Of a stretch of DNA of 34,402 nucleotides, positions 1 through 8,092 are shown piece by piece. Origin of the DNA: a virus (taxonomy: Duplodnaviria > Caudoviricetes). The DNA lies in IMG/VR virus record IMGVR_UViG_3300012352_000557, positions 1-34,402 of that record. One strand, written 5' to 3'. The stretch's first letter is position 1. The number at the start of each line of letters is the position of its first letter. A model generated the notes under the pieces. That model saw only the letters and a program-made list of their open reading frames with translations. It made no database searches and was not told the origin of the DNA. Made by a program: the position numbers and the translations under genes.

Positions 1-2
1 TC

Positions 3-557
3 CCAGTTGCTGCAGAGCGTCCATACGCTTACGCACGTACCGACTGGGCTCCAACTGGTCTAAACGGATTCTACGTTTGGACTGACGGAAGCGGTCCTGT
101 TGTATTTACCGCACCAAACGCTAAGTCACCTACTGCGATCAACATCGAGAGCGCTGCAGCTACTTATGCTAGCTCGACCGGTACTGCAACTCTTACCTTC
201 AGCGATGCTCACGGTATCTCGGCTAATGACCAGATCTATGTACAGAATGTTGGAGCAGCCTTTAACGGCACCTACACTGTATCTGCATCTGTCGGCGCAA
301 CGGGTACTGGCGGAACATACACTGTTAGCTACGTAAGCACTGGCGTCACCGATGCCATTACTAGCTTCGACGTATCAGCTGGTGCTCGTGTAACCGTCAC
401 TAACTCGGTAAGCGAAACTCACCCAGCTCCTACCGCTGTAACTAGCGCACAGCTTGGTGCTGACGCTGATGACACCAGCTACAACGTACCTGGAAACATC
501 AACTACAACGCTGACAACGACATCGACAACATCATCGTTTCGAACGAGTCAGAGTAA
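3..557 (+). CDS. C-terminal part of a probable major tail (tube) protein with an accessory beta-domain; 5' truncated, missing from the ORF track
   Basis: Frame 3 is open from the window start to TAA at 555-557 (PVAAERPYAYARTDWAPTG...ATLTFSDAHGISANDQIYVQNVGAAFNGTYTV...SNESE); strongly biased codons; followed by a hairpin; upstream of head-tail genes. Confidence 0.65.
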   Translation, partial: PVAAERPYAYARTDWAPTGLNGFYVWTDGSGPVVFTAPNAKSPTAINIESAAATYASSTGTATLTFSDAHGISANDQIYVQNVGAAFNGTYTVSASVGATGTGGTYTVSYVSTGVTDAITSFDVSAGARVTVTNSVSETHPAPTAVTSAQLGADADDTSYNVPGNINYNADNDIDNIIVSNESE

Positions 558-571
558 CAACCACTAAGTAA

Positions 572-614
572 AACGGGTGGCGGACTGGTCTAATAAACTA
601 GTGCGCCACCCGTT
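572..614 (+). terminator. Long stem-loop after the major structural gene (terminator/attenuator or mRNA stabiliser)
   Basis: AACGGGTGGCG (572-582) pairs perfectly with CGCCACCCGTT (604-614), extended by an inner ACTGGT/ACTAGT stem; weak U-tract. Confidence 0.7.
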
Positions 615-635
615 AAACTTATAAGAGAGGTTTAT

Positions 636-1739
636 ATGACAAATAACTTTTGGATTCAGGCGGACGAGCTTGGTGACTACTCATACACAGAGTTCACCGA
701 AGAAGCTGTCCGTACTGCGTCATACCTTCTCTGGGCCATGTCAGGTCGCAAATACACTGGTGAAACCACGGTAACTGAGCGTTACACCTGTACTCTACGC
801 AATAACCGACTAGGCCCTTCAACTAAGACTAACTCTCCAGTCCTTTTTGGCGGAGATGTTTACAACATTCCTTCGGGAGATTACGACGAGTATTCGGAAC
901 TAACTTCTGACGGTATGTCCCCCGACTCGCGCATCCGACTACGCGGGCGTCCAGTAACTAAGATTCACGCCATTCGTAACCGTCTTGGCGACATAATCGA
1001 TCCGTCTAACTACTACCTCGTTGATCACTCGACTGTTCACGTTAAAGCCGGAACTCCTTGGACTCCATGCAATACCGAGGTTACTTACTCGTACGGCACT
1101 CCAATTCCTGCTGTAGGTAAAATGGCAGCTAGAACTCTTGCAATCGAGTTTATTAAGCTTTGGTCAGATGATGAAACTTGCCAGCTCCCTCAGCGCGTGA
1201 CTTCCGTAGCGCGTCAGGGCGTCTCGTATACGATTCTTGATCAGCAGGAGTTTATTCAAGAGCTACGTACAGGAATGTACGTAATTGACCTTTTCATCAA
1301 GACTGTAAACCCAGATGGCGCTCGTCGTAAATCAAAAGTATTCTCTCCAGACCAGCCTAGAGCTCGACGCTACTCACCAAAAGCACTTGCACTTACTGCT
1401 GACGCTGATTTCGATCTATCCTTGATTAAGGGTGCCTCTGCAAGCTGGACATCTACTGGTCTCGACGTTGATCTAAGTAATTTTGAAGAAGACTGGGAGC
1501 CACTGGTTCAGATCAATAGCTACAGCGGAATTCGTTCTACCAATCTAGATAGCTCTGACATAACTTTATCCTCCAACAACACTGTCCTGAGCTTCACTGT
1601 TCCGTATGCAAAGGCAAACGCGGCCCTAGGAATGGTAGACCCTGGTTATTGGACTCTTTACGCTACAAAGACTATTGATGGTGTAGAGAACCTAGTAGAA
1701 CTTGCTTCTGGAAACCTCCAGATCAAGATGTATAGCTAA
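636..1739 (+). CDS. Head-to-tail adaptor/connector with an extra C-terminal beta-rich domain
   Basis: AS-x-LLWAMSGR, PVTKIHAI, VTYSYG, CQLPQRVTSVARQGVSY motifs typical of actinophage adaptors; SD AGAGG; position in the morphogenesis module. Confidence 0.75.
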   Translation: MTNNFWIQADELGDYSYTEFTEEAVRTASYLLWAMSGRKYTGETTVTERYTCTLRNNRLGPSTKTNSPVLFGGDVYNIPSGDYDEYSELTSDGMSPDSRIRLRGRPVTKIHAIRNRLGDIIDPSNYYLVDHSTVHVKAGTPWTPCNTEVTYSYGTPIPAVGKMAARTLAIEFIKLWSDDETCQLPQRVTSVARQGVSYTILDQQEFIQELRTGMYVIDLFIKTVNPDGARRKSKVFSPDQPRARRYSPKALALTADADFDLSLIKGASASWTSTGLDVDLSNFEEDWEPLVQINSYSGIRSTNLDSSDITLSSNNTVLSFTVPYAKANAALGMVDPGYWTLYATKTIDGVENLVELASGNLQIKMYS

Positions 1740-1752
1740 GAAAAGAGAGATT

Positions 1753-1941
1753 ATGTCAGAGATGATGACTAACTTTACTGCTGCTGACATGCCTGGAGCA
1801 GCTAAGCCTGCCCCTAAAGTTGCTCCTGCCAAGAAGGTAGCTGCTAAGCCAGCTCCTAAGGTAGAAGCTCCTAAGGTAGAAGAGCCAGTAGCAGAGGTTG
1901 TAGTTGAGGCAGAACCTGCCGTTGACGCTGTAGAGGAGTAA
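1753..1941 (+). CDS. Small low-complexity Ala/Pro/Lys/Glu-rich protein (62 aa)
   Basis: ATG at 1753 after AAGAGAGA fills the gap between two structural genes; better start than TTG 1702. Confidence 0.7.
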   Translation: MSEMMTNFTAADMPGAAKPAPKVAPAKKVAAKPAPKVEAPKVEEPVAEVVVEAEPAVDAVEE

Positions 1942-1943
1942 AA

Positions 1944-2453
1944 ATGTCAACCACCGCTATTGATTTTACTGGTGTAGCCGAGGATGCAACGCATCTAAGG
2001 GATATGATGTCTGGCGTTCTTGAGAAAGTTCAGGCTGTCTTTCAGAGCTACAACGTCAACCTACCCAACAGACAGTATTGGACTGTTGGTACGCCAGTAA
2101 TTGATTGTGAACAAGTGGTTGTCTCCTTCATTCAGATGTACCTAGGCGCTCCGGGGGATGAAGCTCAGCAGCCTCAGCGTTGTAACGTCCCTCGGAGTGC
2201 GGTACTTTCTATTTCTATTGCACGACAAATTCCTATTGTTGGCCAAAACGGTCGCCCTCCTAGCGCACAGGCTATAGAGCGAGCTTCAGAAAATACCGCA
2301 ATTGATGCTTACGTACTTATGGACTGCGTCCGAGAGTTTGACATGTGGGACAACACTGGCTATGGTCTAGGCGTGATTGCTACTGTTGATGTAGGCGAGG
2401 CTCAGGGCGGTTTTCAAACTGTAAACATGCAGCTAACTATGGCGGTCCCATAA
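1944..2453 (+). CDS. Putative tail terminator / head-tail joining protein
   Basis: 169 aa, SD GAGGAG, QGG motif near the C-terminus; position between adaptor and gp10-like gene. Confidence 0.55.
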   Translation: MSTTAIDFTGVAEDATHLRDMMSGVLEKVQAVFQSYNVNLPNRQYWTVGTPVIDCEQVVVSFIQMYLGAPGDEAQQPQRCNVPRSAVLSISIARQIPIVGQNGRPPSAQAIERASENTAIDAYVLMDCVREFDMWDNTGYGLGVIATVDVGEAQGGFQTVNMQLTMAVP

Positions 2454-2454
2454 A

Positions 2455-2976
2455 ATGCCTAAGGGATTACCTGACAGCTGGGGATCTTGGGCGGTAGGTC
2501 GAGCTTCACATGCCATGAACCGCAAAGGGCGAGGTGGCTCTAGAGGTGGAGGATTTAGATCCGCTTCGCAAGTTCAGTTTGCCTACAGATTTAAGGGACT
2601 AAAGCTTTACGAGCCAGAGTTCAAAATAATGATCAACGGGGATGATGGCCTCGTTGGAAGATACGTAAAAAGAAAAGCTCGCGCTATTGTTAGTGCCGCT
2701 AAAGCTCAGGCTGGATATAAGACCGGAGCCCTGAAAAAGAGCATCCATTTTAGACACACTACCCATGCCTACGGGCACAAGCTTTGGATTGGCTCTCGTC
2801 TTTCTTATGCGTATATGCATCACGAGGGAACAAAGCCTCACGTAATATTGCCCAAGAAGACAGAAGTCTTGAGATTCACTAAGGGCACCAGAGTAATCTA
2901 CACTAGGGCAGTGAATCACCCTGGCACGAAGCCTAATCGCTACCTATCTAACCAATTAGCATTGGCCCTTATCTAG
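2455..2976 (+). CDS. HK97 gp10-like tail completion protein
   Basis: KTGALKKSI, YAYMHHEGTKPH, VNHPGTKPNRYL motifs; basic protein. Confidence 0.75.
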   Translation: MPKGLPDSWGSWAVGRASHAMNRKGRGGSRGGGFRSASQVQFAYRFKGLKLYEPEFKIMINGDDGLVGRYVKRKARAIVSAAKAQAGYKTGALKKSIHFRHTTHAYGHKLWIGSRLSYAYMHHEGTKPHVILPKKTEVLRFTKGTRVIYTRAVNHPGTKPNRYLSNQLALALI

Positions 2977-2982
2977 TACAAT
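2977..2982 (+). promoter_or_regulatory. Candidate -10 element (TACAAT) directly after a stop codon
   Basis: TAG-TACAAT in the short intergenic gap before the tail chaperone; no clear -35. Confidence 0.45.
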
Positions 2983-3033
2983 AGACGTGTGGCACTATTT
3001 TGTGCTGCCATGACATGTACAAGAAAGATAACA

Positions 3034-3366
3034 ATGACTGCTAGATTCAAGGACTTTGGCGGAAGCCAAGACGAGGCTCACGAGCCACTATCATTCAAGC
3101 TTCACGGTGAAGAATTTCACTGCAAGCCTGCCATTCAGGGAAAATTTCTTCTAAACCTAATTGCTGACTCATCTTCGACCAACGTAGAAACATCTACCAA
3201 AGTGGTTACCGAGTTTTTCTCTAAGGTATTGATCAAGGAAAGTGCTGATCGCTTTGATGAGCTTCTTAGCTCAGACAAGATTGTTACCGTCGAGACCCTA
3301 GCTGAAATCACTGAGTGGTTGATGTCACAGTACACTGACCGCCCGGAAGAGCAGCCAGAGAGCTAA
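3034..3366 (+). CDS. Tail assembly chaperone (gpG-like)
   Basis: ATG 3034 after AAGAAAG; 110 aa; FKLHGEEF and LAEITEWLMSQYTDRP motifs; two ORFs upstream of the tape measure gene. Confidence 0.8.
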   Translation: MTARFKDFGGSQDEAHEPLSFKLHGEEFHCKPAIQGKFLLNLIADSSSTNVETSTKVVTEFFSKVLIKESADRFDELLSSDKIVTVETLAEITEWLMSQYTDRPEEQPES

Positions 3367-3719
3367 TCGGCTGGGCAATAGATCTCTGGCCATATGTGAA
3401 TGGAAAAGCAATAGTGCACGGACTCCGACTATCTAGTATGGACGCATCAGACATGATTGATGTGTTGCACTATTTCTTCGAGGAAGATGCTCTAGCTGTT
3501 AGTGAAATTCACGCTGAAACTAGATCTCAGATACGTAAGGGTATATATGGGCAACTATATGGAACTCCTTATGCATATTCTAGTGACAAATCTAAGCCGC
3601 AGAGGCAAGAGGCATGGGGGGTTGACTCGGGTGATGCTAAACCATACATTCCCCCTACAGAGTTTGACCCAGATGCTTTCAATCCGTTTGGTAGCGTCCT
3701 AGACGCTCCAATTATTTAA
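3339..3719 (+). CDS. Tail assembly chaperone, gpT-like part (probably reached by -1 frameshift)
   Basis: The -1 frame is open from 3339 (after TGA 3336-3338), overlaps the end of gpG and reads ...ELIGWAIDLWPYVNG...; GTG 3396 has no SD. Confidence 0.7.
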   Translation, partial: PPGRAARELIGWAIDLWPYVNGKAIVHGLRLSSMDASDMIDVLHYFFEEDALAVSEIHAETRSQIRKGIYGQLYGTPYAYSSDKSKPQRQEAWGVDSGDAKPYIPPTEFDPDAFNPFGSVLDAPII

Positions 3720-3737
3720 TTTAGAAAGGAGGCCGTT

Positions 3738-6700
3738 GTGGCTATTGTTGGAGAAGCCCACATAATCGTTAAAGCGATTACTTCGGGTGTAGAGCGGGAT
3801 ATCCGCAACGGCTTCCAAAACGTAGAAGGAGCTGGAACCGACGCTGGTAAGCGTCTAGGTTCGAGCTACGGAAACGGCTTTTGGGCTGGGTACAACTCCA
3901 GTCGTGGCTCTAAAGTATTTGACAAAATACGTGACGGCCTCCGATCTTTAGATGGCGAAGCCGATAGAGCCCTTAAAACTTTCCAGAGCCTTGCCACCAC
4001 TAACTACTTTGCTAGCGGTGCCTTTGGAGTTTTGGCTGGTACTATCGGCCAAGCCGTAGTGGGCTTAGGTGCTTTAGTTGCTGCCGCGGCTGGTGCAGCT
4101 AGCTCTCTTGTTGCCGTCGGAGCCGCGGCTATCTCCGCCAAGATCGGATTTGCCACCATAGGATTTGCCATGAAGGGCATTTCCCAAGCGGTATCATCTG
4201 CAACCTCGGCAAACAAGTCTTACACCAAATCACTACGAGAAGCTAAGTTCGAGGCAGAAGAAGCAGCACTAGCAGTGGACGATGCGTCCCTCACGCTAGA
4301 AAAAGCAATAGAAGCTCGAAACCGCGTAGCAGACCTACCAGCCAACAGCCGTGCACGACGCGAAGCTGATCTTAACGTTAAAAAAGCTGAACTAGCCCTG
4401 CGTAGAGCTAAGGACGCAGAGAAGAATGGCGCAAAGGATAAAGCCGCGGGGAATGATCCATTCGCTGGGCTAACCCCTTCTCAAAAGGACTTTGCCAAAT
4501 ACCTAGTCAGTATTAAGGGCAAACTAGATGAACTTAGAGAATCAGTAGCAAGTGGCTTTTTGCCTAAGCTCAAGACTGCTATAGAGAACCTACTGAAGAG
4601 CACATTTCCTACTCTTAAGGTAGGTCTTAAGCAGGTTGGCGTTGCCATGGGTGACGCGGCTATAGAATTCTCTAAAGTTTTTGACGATCCTCAGGTGCAG
4701 GCCGATCTCACTAGGTTCTTTACTAACGTATCTACAAACGTAAAACCACTAGGTAAGATCCTAGGAAACTTCTCAGTCGGGTTGATCCGATTCTTTAACG
4801 CTGCTCAGCCTCTGACTGAGACCTTTGTGAAGTGGGTCGGAGAAATTGCCGAGAGCTTCAAGCAATGGACAATTAAAGACGAAGATGGAATTACTAACTT
4901 CCTAGTTCTTGCCGGAGATGCCGCAGCTATTCTAGGTGACGTTTTCAAAAATGTCTTCAAAGGCCTCGGCGCTATTATTTATGAAAACATCAAGCCTGGC
5001 AGTGGCGGATATGAGCTACTAACTTGGCTACGAGATGCAACAGCTAGCTTTGCAGAAATTGGTAAGTCAGAGGGATTCAGCGAAATCTTTAAAGAAGCAG
5101 CTAAGGGCACAAAGGCGCTGCTTCAAGTCATCGGTAAGGTAATTGGCTTTTTCCTGCAGTTTGCTGGAGATCCTAACGTAACGAAATTCTGGGAAACTAT
5201 TCGAGACGGCTTCCCTTCGATGGAAAAGGTGGTTGGAGCTATCTCCAATGCCTTGCCTTCTATTGCCGAATTCATTAATGAAGTCGGAGGCATCTTCGCT
5301 ACCCTAGGGGAGACAGACGGCCTGAAGGTCTTCTTCGATACTCTTAGAGACATCGCTAAGGTTGTAAAAGATGTTCTCAAAGCAATAGCGCCTTTCCTAT
5401 CTTTCCTTGCTCCGATCTTGGCTGTCGTAACCGCGTTTAGGTTGTTTGGTAAGGTTTTGAAGTTCCTAGGGCTGGCTGGGCTAGGACTTGTGAATAAATT
5501 CAGGAACTTTTTCGGGGTCCTAAAGAAAGTCTTTGGTGTATTTACTAAGGGTAACAGAGACGCTAAAAAGGGCCAAAAAGAAGTTGGCGACAGTGTTGAC
5601 CGCACTGAAAGAAATGTAAGACGTATGAATAAGGCTGTCTCTGCTACAGAGCTAGCCTTCAAAAAGATGAATACGGCTATTGCAAATGTCAATAAGTCGC
5701 TTACCGTATTCAAAGACAGAATTAATAAGGCCCTCTCTCCGCTTAGTAGATTAAAAACTAATTCTCGTAACGCTGCAACCCAGCTAAAGAACGTGAAGAC
5801 TGAGGGCGAGAAAGCAGCCTCTAAGCTGACTCGAATTAAAACCGAGGGTGATAAAGCTCAGAGATCACTTGACAAGGTGAAAACCGCAGCTAGAAACGCT
5901 CGCTCGGAGCTTAAGTTGCTAGGCAACACTAAGTCAGCGCCTACTGTAGGTGGTGCTGGAGCAGGTGGTGCTAGAGGCGGAGTAGCTCCTATGGCACCTA
6001 TGACGCCCGGGCTCGGTGCCGCCGCAGTTGCAGTGGGCGTACTTTCTGTCGCAGGGGCAATGGCCACTCAGGGCTTCGAAGCGCAAAAAGCCGAAAGACA
6101 GACTGGATTCCTTGTTCGAACCAACTCTGGGCTGGGAGGTGCTTCGAAAGAAGCTGCTGATCGAATAAACGCAATGGCTGACAGCCTCTCCATTTCCACG
6201 GGAATGGCAAAGCCTAATATCGTGGCTGCTCAGCAAATGTTTTTGAAGTATGGCCCGCTTGCCAAAACAGTCGGAAATGCAGGTGGCGCATTTGATAAAG
6301 CAACAGTACTTGCTGGAGACTTAGCCGTTGTACTAGGGACAGATGCTGCGGGAGCTGCGCAGATTTTGGTTGACGCCTTTAGGAACAACGAAACCGCAAT
6401 TGCTGATCTGGAAACTCAGGGCATAACTTTCACTGAGGAAGAAAAGAAAAAGTACGAGGCTCTACTAAAGACTAAAGACCCTCTAGATGATCAGAATTAT
6501 TTGCTAGACCTTCTTAAGGGCAAATATTCTGGTATGGCTACAGAATACGTCACAGCGACTGACAAGATCCAAAGAAGAGTAGAAGTATTTATATCCAGCA
6601 TGGAAAAAGGCATGGCTAATCTAGTCGAGTCTTTTGCAGGGCCTATAGAGCTACTTCTCAGCACCTTTGATGCCGCAACAACTAAAGACCCTAAAAAAAG

Positions 6701-7073
6701 AGAAAAGGTAAACCAAGACTGGTTTTCTTTTATCCAAAAGAACTTTTCTTTTGCAATCCCTAAATTTGCATCTGGCGGTTACGTAAGTACAAAACCGAAG
6801 AAATTTGCTCCTGGAGGAGCCGTGTCAGGCCCTGGCAGCGGAACTTCGGACTCCATCTCTGCCATGCTATCTAACGGCGAGTTTGTTGTGAACGCTAGAG
6901 CTACCGCCCAGAACAGAAGTCTTTTAGAGGCAATAAACTCTAACCAGTCAGTTCCTGCATCTGCTCCAAACATATACGTGACCGTAAATCCGTCCGCGAA
7001 AATGGATGAAAGAGAGCTAGCCGCTCAGGTGTCACGCCAGATTGCTTTCGAGATCCGTAAGGGCGGTTACTAA
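3738..7073 (+). CDS. Tape measure protein (1111 aa)
   Basis: Strong SD AGAAAGGAGG plus GTG; long Ala/Gly-rich helical protein with hydrophobic stretches; C-terminal GGAVSGPGSGTSDSISAMLSNGEFVVNA motif. Confidence 0.93.
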   Translation: MAIVGEAHIIVKAITSGVERDIRNGFQNVEGAGTDAGKRLGSSYGNGFWAGYNSSRGSKVFDKIRDGLRSLDGEADRALKTFQSLATTNYFASGAFGVLAGTIGQAVVGLGALVAAAAGAASSLVAVGAAAISAKIGFATIGFAMKGISQAVSSATSANKSYTKSLREAKFEAEEAALAVDDASLTLEKAIEARNRVADLPANSRARREADLNVKKAELALRRAKDAEKNGAKDKAAGNDPFAGLTPSQKDFAKYLVSIKGKLDELRESVASGFLPKLKTAIENLLKSTFPTLKVGLKQVGVAMGDAAIEFSKVFDDPQVQADLTRFFTNVSTNVKPLGKILGNFSVGLIRFFNAAQPLTETFVKWVGEIAESFKQWTIKDEDGITNFLVLAGDAAAILGDVFKNVFKGLGAIIYENIKPGSGGYELLTWLRDATASFAEIGKSEGFSEIFKEAAKGTKALLQVIGKVIGFFLQFAGDPNVTKFWETIRDGFPSMEKVVGAISNALPSIAEFINEVGGIFATLGETDGLKVFFDTLRDIAKVVKDVLKAIAPFLSFLAPILAVVTAFRLFGKVLKFLGLAGLGLVNKFRNFFGVLKKVFGVFTKGNRDAKKGQKEVGDSVDRTERNVRRMNKAVSATELAFKKMNTAIANVNKSLTVFKDRINKALSPLSRLKTNSRNAATQLKNVKTEGEKAASKLTRIKTEGDKAQRSLDKVKTAARNARSELKLLGNTKSAPTVGGAGAGGARGGVAPMAPMTPGLGAAAVAVGVLSVAGAMATQGFEAQKAERQTGFLVRTNSGLGGASKEAADRINAMADSLSISTGMAKPNIVAAQQMFLKYGPLAKTVGNAGGAFDKATVLAGDLAVVLGTDAAGAAQILVDAFRNNETAIADLETQGITFTEEEKKKYEALLKTKDPLDDQNYLLDLLKGKYSGMATEYVTATDKIQRRVEVFISSMEKGMANLVESFAGPIELLLSTFDAATTKDPKKREKVNQDWFSFIQKNFSFAIPKFASGGYVSTKPKKFAPGGAVSGPGSGTSDSISAMLSNGEFVVNARATAQNRSLLEAINSNQSVPASAPNIYVTVNPSAKMDERELAAQVSRQIAFEIRKGGY

Positions 7074-8053
7074 TGCCAGAATATTATGATTCTAGCGCGA
7101 ACATAAATCCTGCTGTTCAGGCGGACGAAAACAAGCTAGTAAACAAGGCCTTATCAAGCCTACCCGCTCCTCACATTTCAGGGCTCAAGCTTCAGGCCGA
7201 TATCTCGCTAGGTAGCCTAGTACTTAACACGATCGACGATGACGACATCATTTGGGTATGTACAGGCATCGAGGGCTGGTGGAACCTTCCAGATCCAGAG
7301 CTACCAGATCTTCCTCGCGGTTGGGGTGACGGTTCTTATGATGCTAAGGGTCGCTACACTGCGAGACTCATGACGCTAACTGGCTCGTTTCTTACTCAAG
7401 ACCCGTCTCAGGTTGAAGCTGCCAGACAAAAGCTATTTAATGCCATTGACTTGGTATACGATGGCGCGGACTTAGTTGTTAAAGAATCTCCAGTTATCAA
7501 GACTACTTTTGTTCGACTTAGCGGTAGACCAGAGATCGCCAATACCCGAGCTAGGGGTAGAACAGACTTCTCTATCGGCCTTAGAGCAGCTGACCCAATT
7601 AAGTACGAACATCTTTACACTTCAAGCCAAGCTGGTTCAGGTGAAACTATCGTAGATGGTTATAGAGAGAAATCTATCTCGGCTAATGGAAATACCACCT
7701 GTACAAATGCTGGCACGTTTAAGGTGCCAACTGTTCTAGCCATAGCAGGGCCAGTGAATGCAGGGGCAACTGTAGTCAACGCAATCAATTACTCGGACTC
7801 TAGCGTCACTGATGTCTCTGAAACGATAACAATAGTTACGGCTATTCCTAGCGGATCTACTCTAGAAATAGACTCCCTAAATAGAGAAGTAGTACTGGTC
7901 ACCGGAAGCACTGTGGTGAATGCAAGAAGCTACATATCCACCCTTAGCGACTGGATCAGGCTTGAGCCTAGCTCTAAAGCAAGCAACACCATCACCTTCA
8001 CAGCCTCGGGGGGTACCTGTACTGTAGCCTTCCGATCTGGCTGGATTGGCTAG
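7073..8053 (+). CDS. Distal tail protein (Dit)-like minor tail protein
   Basis: Directly follows the tape measure gene (TAATG overlap); IEGWW, DGSY, R-x-TLTG, LRAADPIKY, NAGT and W-x-x-L-x-P motifs. Confidence 0.8.
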   Translation: MPEYYDSSANINPAVQADENKLVNKALSSLPAPHISGLKLQADISLGSLVLNTIDDDDIIWVCTGIEGWWNLPDPELPDLPRGWGDGSYDAKGRYTARLMTLTGSFLTQDPSQVEAARQKLFNAIDLVYDGADLVVKESPVIKTTFVRLSGRPEIANTRARGRTDFSIGLRAADPIKYEHLYTSSQAGSGETIVDGYREKSISANGNTTCTNAGTFKVPTVLAIAGPVNAGATVVNAINYSDSSVTDVSETITIVTAIPSGSTLEIDSLNREVVLVTGSTVVNARSYISTLSDWIRLEPSSKASNTITFTASGGTCTVAFRSGWIG

Positions 8054-8062
8054 TGTTATAAT
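8054..8062 (+). promoter_or_regulatory. Extended -10 promoter TGtTATAAT
   Basis: Perfect TGnTATAAT immediately after the Dit stop codon, 30 nt upstream of ATG 8093. Confidence 0.65.
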
Positions 8063-8092
8063 TTATATAAAGACAAAGACGAAAGTACAAAA

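Noticed and set aside
100-336. 78-aa ORF from the track
   Set aside because: Out-of-frame shadow of the longer frame-3 structural CDS at 3-557
2989-3033. GTG start of the tail chaperone at 2989
   Set aside because: No SD; ATG 3034 has a purine-rich SD and gives a typical length
5123-5713. 196-aa antisense ORF, and other short antisense or alternate-frame ORFs inside long genes
   Set aside because: Shadow frames of well-supported genes, with no motifs or SD
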